The notes beneath the pieces are model-generated. The model was not told the DNA's origin, did not search any database, and saw only the letters and a list, made by a program, of their open reading frames with translations. From Clostridium sp. CAG:914 (lineage in GTDB: Bacteria > Bacillota_I > Bacilli_A > RF39 > UBA660), in NCBI GenBank assembly GCA_000437895.1, contig FR902155.1:9495-73494 (forward strand): a stretch of DNA of 64,000 bases. The letters run 5' to 3'. Positions 1-9,205 of the stretch are shown in pieces. How positions within the stretch are numbered: the first letter of the stretch is position 1; every line of letters starts with the position of its first letter. The position numbers and the translations under genes are program-made.

Positions 1-1
1 A

Positions 2-535
2 ATAGGTATATCTAATAGACATATTCATTTAAGTCAAACAGATGCGAATATATTATTCAAAGAAAATTATCAATTCAAAAAAAGAAATGATTTATCACAA
101 AAAGGAGAATTTGCTACAGAAGATACTGTCATTGTTAAAACAGATAACTATACATTTGATCATGTTAGAGTAGTAGGACCAATAAGAGATTATACTCAAG
201 TAGAAATATCTGAAAGTGATGCTAAGTTATTAGGAATAAATCCACCAGTAAGAGATTCAGGAGATTTAGATAATTCTGAAGATGTTCTAATCATAGGACC
301 ATCTGGCAGTATTTTCAAAAAAAGTTGTTGTATTATTCCCAATAGACATATTCACTGTAATAAATTAGATAATTTTGGTTATACTAATGGTGATGTAATA
401 AGTGGCTCTATAAATGGAAAAATAATGAATGACATTCATATTAAAGAAAAAGATAGTTATGTCCTTGAACTACACATAACTAAAGATGACGCTACACTTT
501 ATGGAGTAGAAAACGGAGATTACATCGATATTTAA
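2..535 (+). CDS. pduL: Phosphate propanoyltransferase PduL-like, C-terminal part (5' end outside window)
   Basis: Frame 2 is open from position 2 to the TAA at 533-535. The translation contains two copies of the PduL-type repeat with an RHIH motif (ISNRHIHLS and IIPNRHIHCN). The gene starts upstream of the window. Confidence 0.55.
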   Translation: MGISNRHIHLSQTDANILFKENYQFKKRNDLSQKGEFATEDTVIVKTDNYTFDHVRVVGPIRDYTQVEISESDAKLLGINPPVRDSGDLDNSEDVLIIGPSGSIFKKSCCIIPNRHIHCNKLDNFGYTNGDVISGSINGKIMNDIHIKEKDSYVLELHITKDDATLYGVENGDYIDI

Positions 536-546
536 CGGGTGATAAT

Positions 547-1446
547 ATGTTCTTATTTGATGTACTAAAAAAGTGTAAGAAAGAATTAATATTTAAAATA
601 ATTACTTCCATTATAATACAGGGATTATTACTTATAATTCCTGTTTATTGGAGTAATACTATTAACCATGTAACTAATGAAATATATGATAAAGCAATTG
701 ATTTAACAATAATAACACTAACATTAACTTTACTATATTATTTTTGGGCTTATGCTAATCAAAAAACATGGTATACATTTTATAACAAACTTTATTTAGA
801 ATACACAAATAATATAATTAAATACAGTCCTAGCGATGTAACAATTGGACAATATACCAATGTAATAAATAATGATATAGATATAATAGGAACATTTTTA
901 GGTAATTTAGTAACAAGAATAATTCAAATAATAGAATTTCTAGTCATATACTTTTATTTTTTATCTATAGACAAATATATTTTCTTTGTTACCTTAATTA
1001 CATCTATAATAATGATCATATTAATATTCTACTTCGGTAATAAAATAGAAGTAGTAAATAAAACAAGAAAAGATAACCTAGATATAAAAACTATGAATAT
1101 TCATAACATATATGATATATTAAAAAAAAATAATAAATTAGAAGATGATGGTTTTATAAAAAGTACTATAAAATATTTAAAATCAAATGCTAAATTTAAT
1201 GTATTAGCTATGGGTATAATATATATAGTATTATCTTTTATAGAATTATGTAGATATGGTATAATAGTCTATAGTATATATCTAGTATCTATAGGTAATA
1301 TGGAAATAGGAACAATATTATTGATATATTCCTATTATGCTAAAATAATTACTAACTTTGAAGTATTAGGCACAATAAATGCCGAATATCAAAGTGTTAA
1401 AGTATCAGTAAATAGACTAAATAGTCTCCATACAGAAATTGAGTAA
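547..1446 (+). CDS. ABC exporter transmembrane-domain-only protein (ABC_membrane-like, no nucleotide-binding domain; possibly truncated remnant)
   Basis: 299-aa ORF with about six hydrophobic helices and the layout of a type I ABC exporter TMD. It stops where a nucleotide-binding domain would normally follow, and no ATPase gene is adjacent. Confidence 0.4.
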   Translation: MFLFDVLKKCKKELIFKIITSIIIQGLLLIIPVYWSNTINHVTNEIYDKAIDLTIITLTLTLLYYFWAYANQKTWYTFYNKLYLEYTNNIIKYSPSDVTIGQYTNVINNDIDIIGTFLGNLVTRIIQIIEFLVIYFYFLSIDKYIFFVTLITSIIMIILIFYFGNKIEVVNKTRKDNLDIKTMNIHNIYDILKKNNKLEDDGFIKSTIKYLKSNAKFNVLAMGIIYIVLSFIELCRYGIIVYSIYLVSIGNMEIGTILLIYSYYAKIITNFEVLGTINAEYQSVKVSVNRLNSLHTEIE

Positions 1447-1521
1447 ATGCACTAAAAGATATGTCCTAATGGGTATATCTTTTCTAATAATTATGTTATA
1501 ATAATTTCATGTGAGGATTAT

Positions 1522-2337
1522 ATGGGCAACATAGAAAAAGAAATAAAAATTTTAAATATAGACGTATTTAAGATATTAAATAAATTAGAAGAACTTGGTA
1601 TCAAAACAAAAGGTAAGTGCATTCAAGATATTTATACTTATGACTTACCTAAAGTGGAAGTATTGTATACTAAATATATTAATCTATTATTAAAAGATAA
1701 TGATTCAAGAGAAATAACAAAATTAATTACAGAAATAAAACCTTGTTTTTCATCTGAAGACTTAGAAATATTAAAGAGAATATTAGGAAACAAAGATATT
1801 ATAGAATTTATTCATAAAGGTAAAAATCTACATTTATTAAAATCAAAAGAATTAATAAAATTAATGAAAAAAGTAAATACCAAATTTAGTAAATGGATAA
1901 GATTAAGAAAGACAGGAGATAATACTACAATTACCATTAAAAGAATAGTTAATGGAAATGGAGAATATAAAATAGATGCTGTAAGTGAATTGGAAATTCC
2001 CATTCCTAGTCTTGAATATGGTAAAGAATTCTTAGAAGACCTAGGTTATTTCTATAAAAGACATCAATCAAAAATGCGTATTGCTTATGATTATAAAAAT
2101 ACAGAAATAGTCATAGATAAGTGGCCAAAAATATCCCCATATCTTGAAATAGAAGGACCAACTTTAGAAGAAATAATGGAAGTAGTATATCTTTTAGGTT
2201 ATAAAGATAGTGATGTAAAAATAGTCAATACAGACACTGTTTATCTGGAGCAAGGCATAGATATATATAAAGAAGAATATAATATTTTAGATTTTAGTAA
2301 AGAAGAAATAAATATTATTAAAAAATATATGGAATAA
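1522..2337 (+). CDS. CYTH-domain protein (triphosphate tunnel metalloenzyme / class IV adenylate cyclase-like)
   Basis: N-terminal ExExK signature (IEKEIK) and a C-terminal EIEGP segment typical of CYTH domains. RBS GTGAGGA lies upstream of the ATG. Confidence 0.4.
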   Translation: MGNIEKEIKILNIDVFKILNKLEELGIKTKGKCIQDIYTYDLPKVEVLYTKYINLLLKDNDSREITKLITEIKPCFSSEDLEILKRILGNKDIIEFIHKGKNLHLLKSKELIKLMKKVNTKFSKWIRLRKTGDNTTITIKRIVNGNGEYKIDAVSELEIPIPSLEYGKEFLEDLGYFYKRHQSKMRIAYDYKNTEIVIDKWPKISPYLEIEGPTLEEIMEVVYLLGYKDSDVKIVNTDTVYLEQGIDIYKEEYNILDFSKEEINIIKKYME

Positions 2338-2396
2338 TTTTAAAAAATATGTTAAAATATACTCAGATGTTGAGTTTATTGAAGGAAAGAGGAAAA

Positions 2397-2939
2397 ATGG
2401 AAAATATAATTAATAATACTGAAGAAAAGATGATGAATGCTATTACAACACTTGAAAATAGATTTACTAATGTAAGAGCAGGAAGAGCAAATCCCAATAT
2501 GTTAGATGGAATAATGGTTGAATATTATGGTGTCCCAACTCCATTAAAACAATTAGCAAATATAACAATACCGGAAGCAAGACAATTATCTATTAAACCA
2601 TTTGATAAAAGTGCTTTAAATGGTATTGAAAAAGCTATATTTGAAGCAAACCTAGGAATTACTCCAAATAATAATGGTGAATCAATATTTTTAGTAGTTC
2701 CTGCTTTAACCGAAGACAGAAGAAAAGAGTTAGTTAAACAAGTACATCAAATGGCAGAAGAAGGTAAAATTGCCCTAAGAAATATTAGACAAGATGCTAA
2801 TAACGCCATTAAAAATCTTAAACTGCCAGAAGATGAAGAAAAAAGAGGAAACGAAAGAGTACAAAACTTAATTAATGAATATAATAAAATTATTGAAGAA
2901 AAATTAAAAGAAAAAGAAAAAGAATTAATGACAATTTAA
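2397..2939 (+). CDS. frr: Ribosome recycling factor
   Basis: The translation from MENIINNTEEKMMNAI...VRAGRANPNMLD...LRNIRQDANN is typical RRF. The ATG at 2397 has an AGAGGA RBS, whereas the ORF-track start at 2349 lacks one. Confidence 0.9.
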   Translation: MENIINNTEEKMMNAITTLENRFTNVRAGRANPNMLDGIMVEYYGVPTPLKQLANITIPEARQLSIKPFDKSALNGIEKAIFEANLGITPNNNGESIFLVVPALTEDRRKELVKQVHQMAEEGKIALRNIRQDANNAIKNLKLPEDEEKRGNERVQNLINEYNKIIEEKLKEKEKELMTI

Positions 2940-2944
2940 TGCAA

Positions 2945-3140
2945 TGATAAGGATTTAGTAGTATACCAAAAGTATTATAGAGAGTAAGTGTTGGTGTAAA
3001 CTTATATATAAGTAAGTATATGAATTCGCCCTTTAGCATTATGGGTAAGCCCGTTATAGCTTTAAGTGTATAACATACGTTATAAAAGAAGGTGGTACCG
3101 CGGATTAATAATTCGTCCTTTTGTTACCATCTTTTTATTT
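2945..3140 (+). promoter_or_regulatory. T-box riboswitch leader (Phe specifier) controlling pheST
   Basis: Conserved T-box core AAGGTGGTACCGCGG at 3089-3103. The leader has an AGAGA/GA-motif stem region, and a UUC (Phe) codon in GAATTCGCC is the candidate specifier. A terminator helix (3089-3097 pairing with 3125-3133) is followed by a U-tract at 3134-3140, just upstream of the pheS RBS. Confidence 0.8.
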
Positions 3141-3158
3141 ATATAGAAAGGAAATAAT

Positions 3159-4208
3159 ATGAAAGAAAAAATTAATGCAATAAAGAAAGAATTAAGTATT
3201 ATATTTGAAAATATTAAAGATAATACTGAACTTAACAATTTAAAAGTAGAATATTTAGGTAAAAATGGTAAAATTACAGAATTATCTAAATCTATGAAAG
3301 ATATAGCAAATGAAGAAAAAAAAGAAATAGGTATTCTTATTAATGAAATAAGAGAAGAATTTAACAATAAATACAATGCTATGTTAGAACGTATTAATGA
3401 GTATAATTTAAATAAGAAATTAGAAAGTGAAAGTATAGATATTACCTTACCAGAAGAAAGAATAAAGTCAGGTAGTAAACATCCATTAATGAGAACTAAA
3501 GAAGAACTTGAAGATTTATTTATATCTATGGGATTTGATATTTATGATGGACCAGAGATAGAAAGTGATGAAGTATGCTTCCAAAAATTAAATATTCCTT
3601 TGGGTCATCCAGCAAGAGATAGTCAAGATACTTTCTATTTAGAAGGTGAAATAGATAAATATTTATTAAGAACACAAACTTCTACAGGCCAAGTAAGAAC
3701 GATGGAAGCCAACATAGATAAAGGCCCATTAAGAATAATTTGTCCAGGGAAGACATATCGACGTGATGATGATGCCACACATTCACATCAATTCATGCAA
3801 ATGGAAGGTTTAGTAATAGATGAAAATGTTTCTCTAGCTAACTTAAAATGGACTTTAGAACAATTTTCTAAAAAAATATTAGGAGAATCTACTAAAGTCA
3901 GATTTAGACCAAGTTATTTTCCATTTACAGAGCCTTCAGTTGAGGTTGATGTCACTTGTTTTAAATGTAAAGGTAAAGGATGTCCATTATGCAAACAAAC
4001 CGGTTGGATTGAAGTTTTAGGAGCAGGGATGGTTCATCCAAACGTATTAGAAATGTGTGGTTATGATTCTAAAAAGTATCAAGGATTTGCTTTCGGTCCT
4101 GGACTTGATAGATTTACAATGTTTAAGTATGCTATTCCTGATATTAGAACACTTTATCAAAATGATATAAGATTTTTAAGTGAATTTGATAGAAAGGATA
4201 GTGAATAA
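3159..4208 (+). CDS. pheS: Phenylalanine--tRNA ligase alpha subunit
   Basis: Class II aaRS motifs (e.g. FRPSYFPFTEPS, GAGMVHPNVL) in a 349-aa product, with an AGGAAA RBS. Confidence 0.95.
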   Translation: MKEKINAIKKELSIIFENIKDNTELNNLKVEYLGKNGKITELSKSMKDIANEEKKEIGILINEIREEFNNKYNAMLERINEYNLNKKLESESIDITLPEERIKSGSKHPLMRTKEELEDLFISMGFDIYDGPEIESDEVCFQKLNIPLGHPARDSQDTFYLEGEIDKYLLRTQTSTGQVRTMEANIDKGPLRIICPGKTYRRDDDATHSHQFMQMEGLVIDENVSLANLKWTLEQFSKKILGESTKVRFRPSYFPFTEPSVEVDVTCFKCKGKGCPLCKQTGWIEVLGAGMVHPNVLEMCGYDSKKYQGFAFGPGLDRFTMFKYAIPDIRTLYQNDIRFLSEFDRKDSE

Positions 4209-4209
4209 A

Positions 4210-6558
4210 ATGAAATTAAGTAGAAAATTTTTAGAAGAGTATGTAGATATAGAACCTAGTTTAACAATAACTGATATAGCTAATGATATGACTAATGTTG
4301 GTAATGAATATGATAGTGCCATGCCTTTAATTAATGCCACAAAATTAGTTATCGGAGAAGTTATCTCATGTCAAAATCATCCAGATAGTGATCACTTACA
4401 TTTATGTAAAGTAAATATAGGTAGTGAAATATTAGATATAATCTGTGGTGCACCAAACGTAAGAGAAGGCTTAAAAGTAATTACTGCTCTAGATGGTGCC
4501 ACATTACCAGGTGGTACAATAAAAAAATCTACAATAAGAGGTTATACTTCTAATGGTATGTTATGTTCACTTTCAGAATTAGGTTTAGACCATAAGTTTT
4601 TAAAAGAAGAAGATATAGAAGGAATTTGTGAATTAGATAATAATGCTCCTATCGGAGAAGATCCAATTAAGTATCTAGGTTTAGATGATGAAGTAATAGA
4701 TTTTGAATTAACTTCAAATAGGGGAGACTTATTAAGTGTTCTAGGTATGGCATATGAAGTTGGTGCCATATACAATAAAAAAGTAAAAGAAGTAGATTTA
4801 AGTTACAATAAAATAGATAAACCATTAGATTTTACTTTAGAAATAAAGACTGATAATTGTCCATTATTTTTAGTAAAAAAAGTAGAAAATGTTGTTATTG
4901 AAGAAAGTCCATCATTCATTAAGAATAGATTAATTGCATCAGGTATTAGACCAATTAATAATGTTGTAGATATTTCTAACTATGTTATGTTAGAACTTGG
5001 ACAACCTCTTCACTTTTATGATGCCGACAAATTAGGTAACAAAATAACCGTAAGAATGGCCACAGAAGGAGAACATTTAACTACATTAGATGGACAGGAT
5101 AGAATATTATCTAATAGTGACATAGTCATAACAGATGGAACTAAACCTGTAGGACTTGCTGGAGTTATGGGTGGATTCGATACAGAAGTTACAAAAGACA
5201 CTAAAAACATTATTATAGAAAGCGCTTTATTTAATAGTACATCAATAAGAAAAACAGCTAATAAAGTATTAAGAAGTGAAGCAAGTAATCGATTTGAAAA
5301 AGGAATAGATCCTAATAGAACATATATGGCTATGGATAGGGCATGCCATTTATTAGAAAAATATGCTAAAGGAAATATTTTATCAGAAATTGTTTCTTAT
5401 AAAAATATTGATGTTTATGACAAAGAAATAGAAATAAGTCTAGAAAAAATAAATAAAATTCTAGGTATAAATATATCATTAGAAGAAGTAAAAGATATAT
5501 TCACTAGACTAGGTTTTACTATTAACAAAGATAAAATATTAAAAGTAATTGTACCTTCAAGAAGAACTGATATAAACATTTCTGTAGATTTAATCGAAGA
5601 AGTAGGGAGAATATACGGAATGGACAAAATAGAAAGCATTCCATTAACCATGCCTCTAAAAGAAGCACATTATGACAAAACAGAAAGAATTATTCGTGAT
5701 AAAATGGTTTCACTTGGCTTAAATGAAACACTTAGCTACGCATTAATAAGAGAAGACGCTGTAACAAAATATACAAATGGCGACTTCCAACATATAAACG
5801 TTGATATGCCAATGAGTGAAGATAGAAAAACCCTTCGTTATACATTACTTTATTCATTAGAACAAATATATAGATATAATAAAGCTAGAAATAATAAAGA
5901 TATATCAATCTTTGAAATAGGTAAATGTTTCTATAAAGAAAATAATGAGTATAAAGAAGATAAAAAGCTAGCTTGTTTAATGACCGGAAAATATTATTTA
6001 GGATTAAATAATAAAGAAATAGATTTCTATACTATCAAAGGAATATTATTTACTTTATTAGATTACTTAGGTTATCAAGGAAGATATTCTATAGTAAAAG
6101 ATAATTTACCAAAAGAATTCCATCCAGGACAAAGTGCTAAAATAATACTTCAAGGAGAATGTATAGGTTATATTGGTAAAATACATCCTAATATTATAAA
6201 AGATGATATCTATGTATTTGAAATAAATTTAACCAAATTAAGCAAATACAAAGTATCTAGATTAACATATAAAGAATACAGTAAATATCCAAGTATTAAA
6301 AAAGATGTTGCTTTTATCGTAGATAAAAATATAACTAATGAAAGTATTATAAAAGTAATTAAAAATAAAGGCGGAAAACTACTAACTAATATTACTTTGT
6401 TTGATGTATATGATATGTCAGATAAAAAATCATTAGCATATACTTTAACATTCTCTTCATCAGAAAGAACACTTACCGTAGAAGAAGTAATGGAACTATT
6501 TGAAAAAATCATGAATGAAGTAAAAGAAAAATGTAAAGCCATTGTAAGGGATAACTAA
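4210..6558 (+). CDS. pheT: Phenylalanine--tRNA ligase beta subunit
   Basis: About 780 aa with tRNA-binding, B3/B4 and B5 domains in the expected order (MKLSRKFLEEYV...). The ATG at 4210 follows the pheS stop at 4206-4208 by one base. The ORF-track start at 4180 overlaps pheS. Confidence 0.95.
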   Translation: MKLSRKFLEEYVDIEPSLTITDIANDMTNVGNEYDSAMPLINATKLVIGEVISCQNHPDSDHLHLCKVNIGSEILDIICGAPNVREGLKVITALDGATLPGGTIKKSTIRGYTSNGMLCSLSELGLDHKFLKEEDIEGICELDNNAPIGEDPIKYLGLDDEVIDFELTSNRGDLLSVLGMAYEVGAIYNKKVKEVDLSYNKIDKPLDFTLEIKTDNCPLFLVKKVENVVIEESPSFIKNRLIASGIRPINNVVDISNYVMLELGQPLHFYDADKLGNKITVRMATEGEHLTTLDGQDRILSNSDIVITDGTKPVGLAGVMGGFDTEVTKDTKNIIIESALFNSTSIRKTANKVLRSEASNRFEKGIDPNRTYMAMDRACHLLEKYAKGNILSEIVSYKNIDVYDKEIEISLEKINKILGINISLEEVKDIFTRLGFTINKDKILKVIVPSRRTDINISVDLIEEVGRIYGMDKIESIPLTMPLKEAHYDKTERIIRDKMVSLGLNETLSYALIREDAVTKYTNGDFQHINVDMPMSEDRKTLRYTLLYSLEQIYRYNKARNNKDISIFEIGKCFYKENNEYKEDKKLACLMTGKYYLGLNNKEIDFYTIKGILFTLLDYLGYQGRYSIVKDNLPKEFHPGQSAKIILQGECIGYIGKIHPNIIKDDIYVFEINLTKLSKYKVSRLTYKEYSKYPSIKKDVAFIVDKNITNESIIKVIKNKGGKLLTNITLFDVYDMSDKKSLAYTLTFSSSERTLTVEEVMELFEKIMNEVKEKCKAIVRDN

Positions 6559-7454
6559 TGGGAATAAAAAATTTGTTAGAAATTAGTAATTATTATGAAT
6601 TGTTAGATAAATATAGTTTTAATTTTAAAAAACAATCTTTATTCTTATCTTTAGTTTTAAATTATATAATTATGACTAAAAACATCAATGACGAAATTTT
6701 TATGTTACTTGCTAGTTATGTAAATAATTTAGATGACAATTATCCCAACATAATGCACACAAAATTATACTTAGATGGTATAGACATAATATTAGATAAA
6801 CTATACAAAGGAAAAAATGAAGAAGAAATAACCAGAAACATCATTAAAAACTACTTTGAAGATGGATATGTTTTTCATACATTTAATATAGGAATATATG
6901 AAAATGTTTTAAGTAAAGGTTTATCTCTAACACCAGATATATTTCCAAATGATAAAATTATAGCCATTAAAGAAATATTTAAATCTAAAAATAAAGGAGT
7001 ATTTGGTTTATATAACCCTACAGATAATAAAGTATTTTTTGCAAGTAGTCCAATTTATATCTATCAATATGGAGCAGGTTCACCATCATTCTTTAGAAAA
7101 TTAATCTTTATGAATGATAAGGAAGATAGTTATATAAACAGAGATTATGAAAGATGTCTTATTTCAATAAAAAATACTATTAAAGAATATAATTTATCCA
7201 ACGTTGAAGGAGAGTTAGTATTATCCTTATTTAATGAATTATATTCACTGTTTTCTAGAAATGATTATATAATAGCATTAAAAAAGAAAAAAAAGAATAT
7301 TAAAATTGAAGATTACTCTCAAAATAATCTTAGGAATATTATAAAACAAGATATATCCGTAGATTATAGATTTTATGAAAATATAAACTCTAATGATTTA
7401 GAATTTATATTGGTAAGAAATCATAGTAACACAATTAAAAGAAGTAGAACATAA
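6558..7454 (+). CDS. Hypothetical protein
   Basis: 298-aa ORF whose ATG overlaps the pheT stop (TAATG). No recognisable domain. Confidence 0.5.
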   Translation: MGIKNLLEISNYYELLDKYSFNFKKQSLFLSLVLNYIIMTKNINDEIFMLLASYVNNLDDNYPNIMHTKLYLDGIDIILDKLYKGKNEEEITRNIIKNYFEDGYVFHTFNIGIYENVLSKGLSLTPDIFPNDKIIAIKEIFKSKNKGVFGLYNPTDNKVFFASSPIYIYQYGAGSPSFFRKLIFMNDKEDSYINRDYERCLISIKNTIKEYNLSNVEGELVLSLFNELYSLFSRNDYIIALKKKKKNIKIEDYSQNNLRNIIKQDISVDYRFYENINSNDLEFILVRNHSNTIKRSRT

Positions 7455-7475
7455 TTGAATCTACTTCTTTTGATT
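7439..7475. terminator. Bidirectional intrinsic terminator between convergent genes
   Basis: Perfect 10-bp stem AAGAAGTAGA (7439-7448) / TCTACTTCTT (7460-7469) with an 11-nt loop. It is flanked by T-rich sequence and spans the stop codons of both convergent ORFs. Confidence 0.6.
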
Positions 7476-9086
7476 ATATGTAATGATTATATCTTCATCA
7501 TTAATCTTTTCAAACAATGCAAAATTATCATCCTCATATAATAATTTATAATTATTATTATTTTTTAATATAATATAAAAAGTACTTAATTCTTTCTCTC
7601 CAGGATATTGTTTATATATAAGTAAATGACTAATATCATAAAATTTAAGTACTTTTTGATAATCTTTAGTTATACTTTTATAGTCATCAAATATATCATA
7701 ATCTAATCCACTAAATTCTTTAGTATATAAGTCTGCTCTAGAATCAATAAATACAGGAATATCGTTCAAAAGTAAATAACTACCAAAATTATATTCATTA
7801 AATAATCTAATATTTTTATAATCTAAATTATCTTTAATATATTCAGTAGCCAAAACAGGATATGTCTTCATATCTATATAATCTGGATTCTTAATACCTT
7901 GAATAAAATATATTCCACCAGCCATCATAATAGTTATCAACACCGTACAAATTACTGATTTTTTTCTAGACATAAAATTAATAATAGTATTATCAATAAC
8001 AAGATTATTATTAATAAAATATAAAGTAAATACTCTTGCAAAACAAAATATACCTACCAAAGCTAATAAAGATATATGTCTAATAGAAGTAACAGCCATA
8101 ATAGTAAGCCCTGTTATCATAAACAAATCTCTAATTTTAACACGCGTAAATAATGATAGAAAATAAACTTCAAAAATCATTATAATAACAAAAGGACTAG
8201 AACTCCAAGTAATCATTTGATGTTCAGCTATGTATTTTTGGCTATTTCCCAACATAGTCTTAATCATATAAGTATATGGTGTTCCTTTAAGTGGAGTAAT
8301 AAGACCAGTAAAAATACTAAGTAACATTATCAAAAATAAATATTTAATATTACTATTAACATCTAAATCAAATCTCTTCTTTAAAAATAAAGTAAACTTA
8401 TTATCTTTCTTTTTATTAACTATTAAAGATAAAATATATTCCGCAAAATAAGGAAGAAATATTATAAAATAAAATGGCCATACTGCTAAATGTATATTAC
8501 AAATAGCTAAAGAAATTAACAAAAGAAATAACAAATATTTTTTCTTACCATTTTTTAAAAACATTTCTATAAAATAAACTTCCAAAGCAAACAAAATAAA
8601 ACTAACTAATTGAGCTCTTGCTGTAACAAAACCTGATAATGATAAAGTAGCAATAAATGTTGAAAAAGCACTTATCGATAAATGATTAGTTATTTTATAT
8701 AAAGCAAAGAATAAGAAATATATAAGTATTAAAAATAATACAATTGAAGATATATATATACCAGTATATCCACCAATTAGGTATATCAAATATATAAATA
8801 CATCATATAACCAATGAGGATAAGTATATGGTAAACTACTATGAAATGAGAAATGATCTTTCATATCAATACCATTTTCAAGAATAAGTTTACCTATCTT
8901 AATCGTATAAAAAGTATCATTTTGTAATGTCTTTTTAACAAGAAATATAGCCAAAATACTTATACATATAACAAAAGCAATAACAAATATTTTTTTATTT
9001 TTCTTCATTGTCAATTGTTCTTTTTCTTGTTTTTCATCCATTTTATTTTTCTTAATCATATTTTTTTTACTTTTTGTCTTAGTCAT
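7461..9086 (-). CDS. Polytopic membrane protein with C-terminal extracytoplasmic domain (putative GT-C-type glycosyltransferase/membrane polymerase-like)
   Basis: 541 aa with a Lys-rich N-terminus, roughly 10-12 predicted TM helices and a soluble C-terminal domain of about 170 aa. The topology resembles GT-C/YfhO-like proteins. The family call is uncertain. Confidence 0.3.
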   Translation of the reverse strand: MTKTKSKKNMIKKNKMDEKQEKEQLTMKKNKKIFVIAFVICISILAIFLVKKTLQNDTFYTIKIGKLILENGIDMKDHFSFHSSLPYTYPHWLYDVFIYLIYLIGGYTGIYISSIVLFLILIYFLFFALYKITNHLSISAFSTFIATLSLSGFVTARAQLVSFILFALEVYFIEMFLKNGKKKYLLFLLLISLAICNIHLAVWPFYFIIFLPYFAEYILSLIVNKKKDNKFTLFLKKRFDLDVNSNIKYLFLIMLLSIFTGLITPLKGTPYTYMIKTMLGNSQKYIAEHQMITWSSSPFVIIMIFEVYFLSLFTRVKIRDLFMITGLTIMAVTSIRHISLLALVGIFCFARVFTLYFINNNLVIDNTIINFMSRKKSVICTVLITIMMAGGIYFIQGIKNPDYIDMKTYPVLATEYIKDNLDYKNIRLFNEYNFGSYLLLNDIPVFIDSRADLYTKEFSGLDYDIFDDYKSITKDYQKVLKFYDISHLLIYKQYPGEKELSTFYIILKNNNNYKLLYEDDNFALFEKINDEDIIITYNQKK

Positions 9087-9154
9087 TATATCACATCCTT
9101 ATCTAATATAACATAAAACGTAAGTATTATCAACGAAATTAAATGTAAACTGTC

Positions 9155-9183
9155 TTGAAGAAAATAAAATCTTATGCTAAAAT
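9155..9183 (+). promoter_or_regulatory. Sigma-A type promoter upstream of the topoisomerase gene
   Basis: -35 TTGAAG (9155-9160), 17-nt spacer, TGc-extended -10 TAAAAT (9178-9183). Confidence 0.5.
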
Positions 9184-9205
9184 TATCCTAGGAAGTGTGA
9201 TAAAT

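Noticed and set aside
1812-2003. Short antisense ORFs inside well-supported genes (e.g. 1812-2003, 4542-4775, 5016-5210, 5415-5651, 6210-6542, 10270-10623, 12544-15216 set, 18231-18563, 20809-20997, 21859-22056, 23145-23909, 26000-26236, 53076-53273, 53907-54125, 56259-56591, 62664-62891)
   Set aside because: All lie opposite to or within genes with strong domain evidence. They have low-complexity translations typical of AT-rich antisense frames and no RBS.
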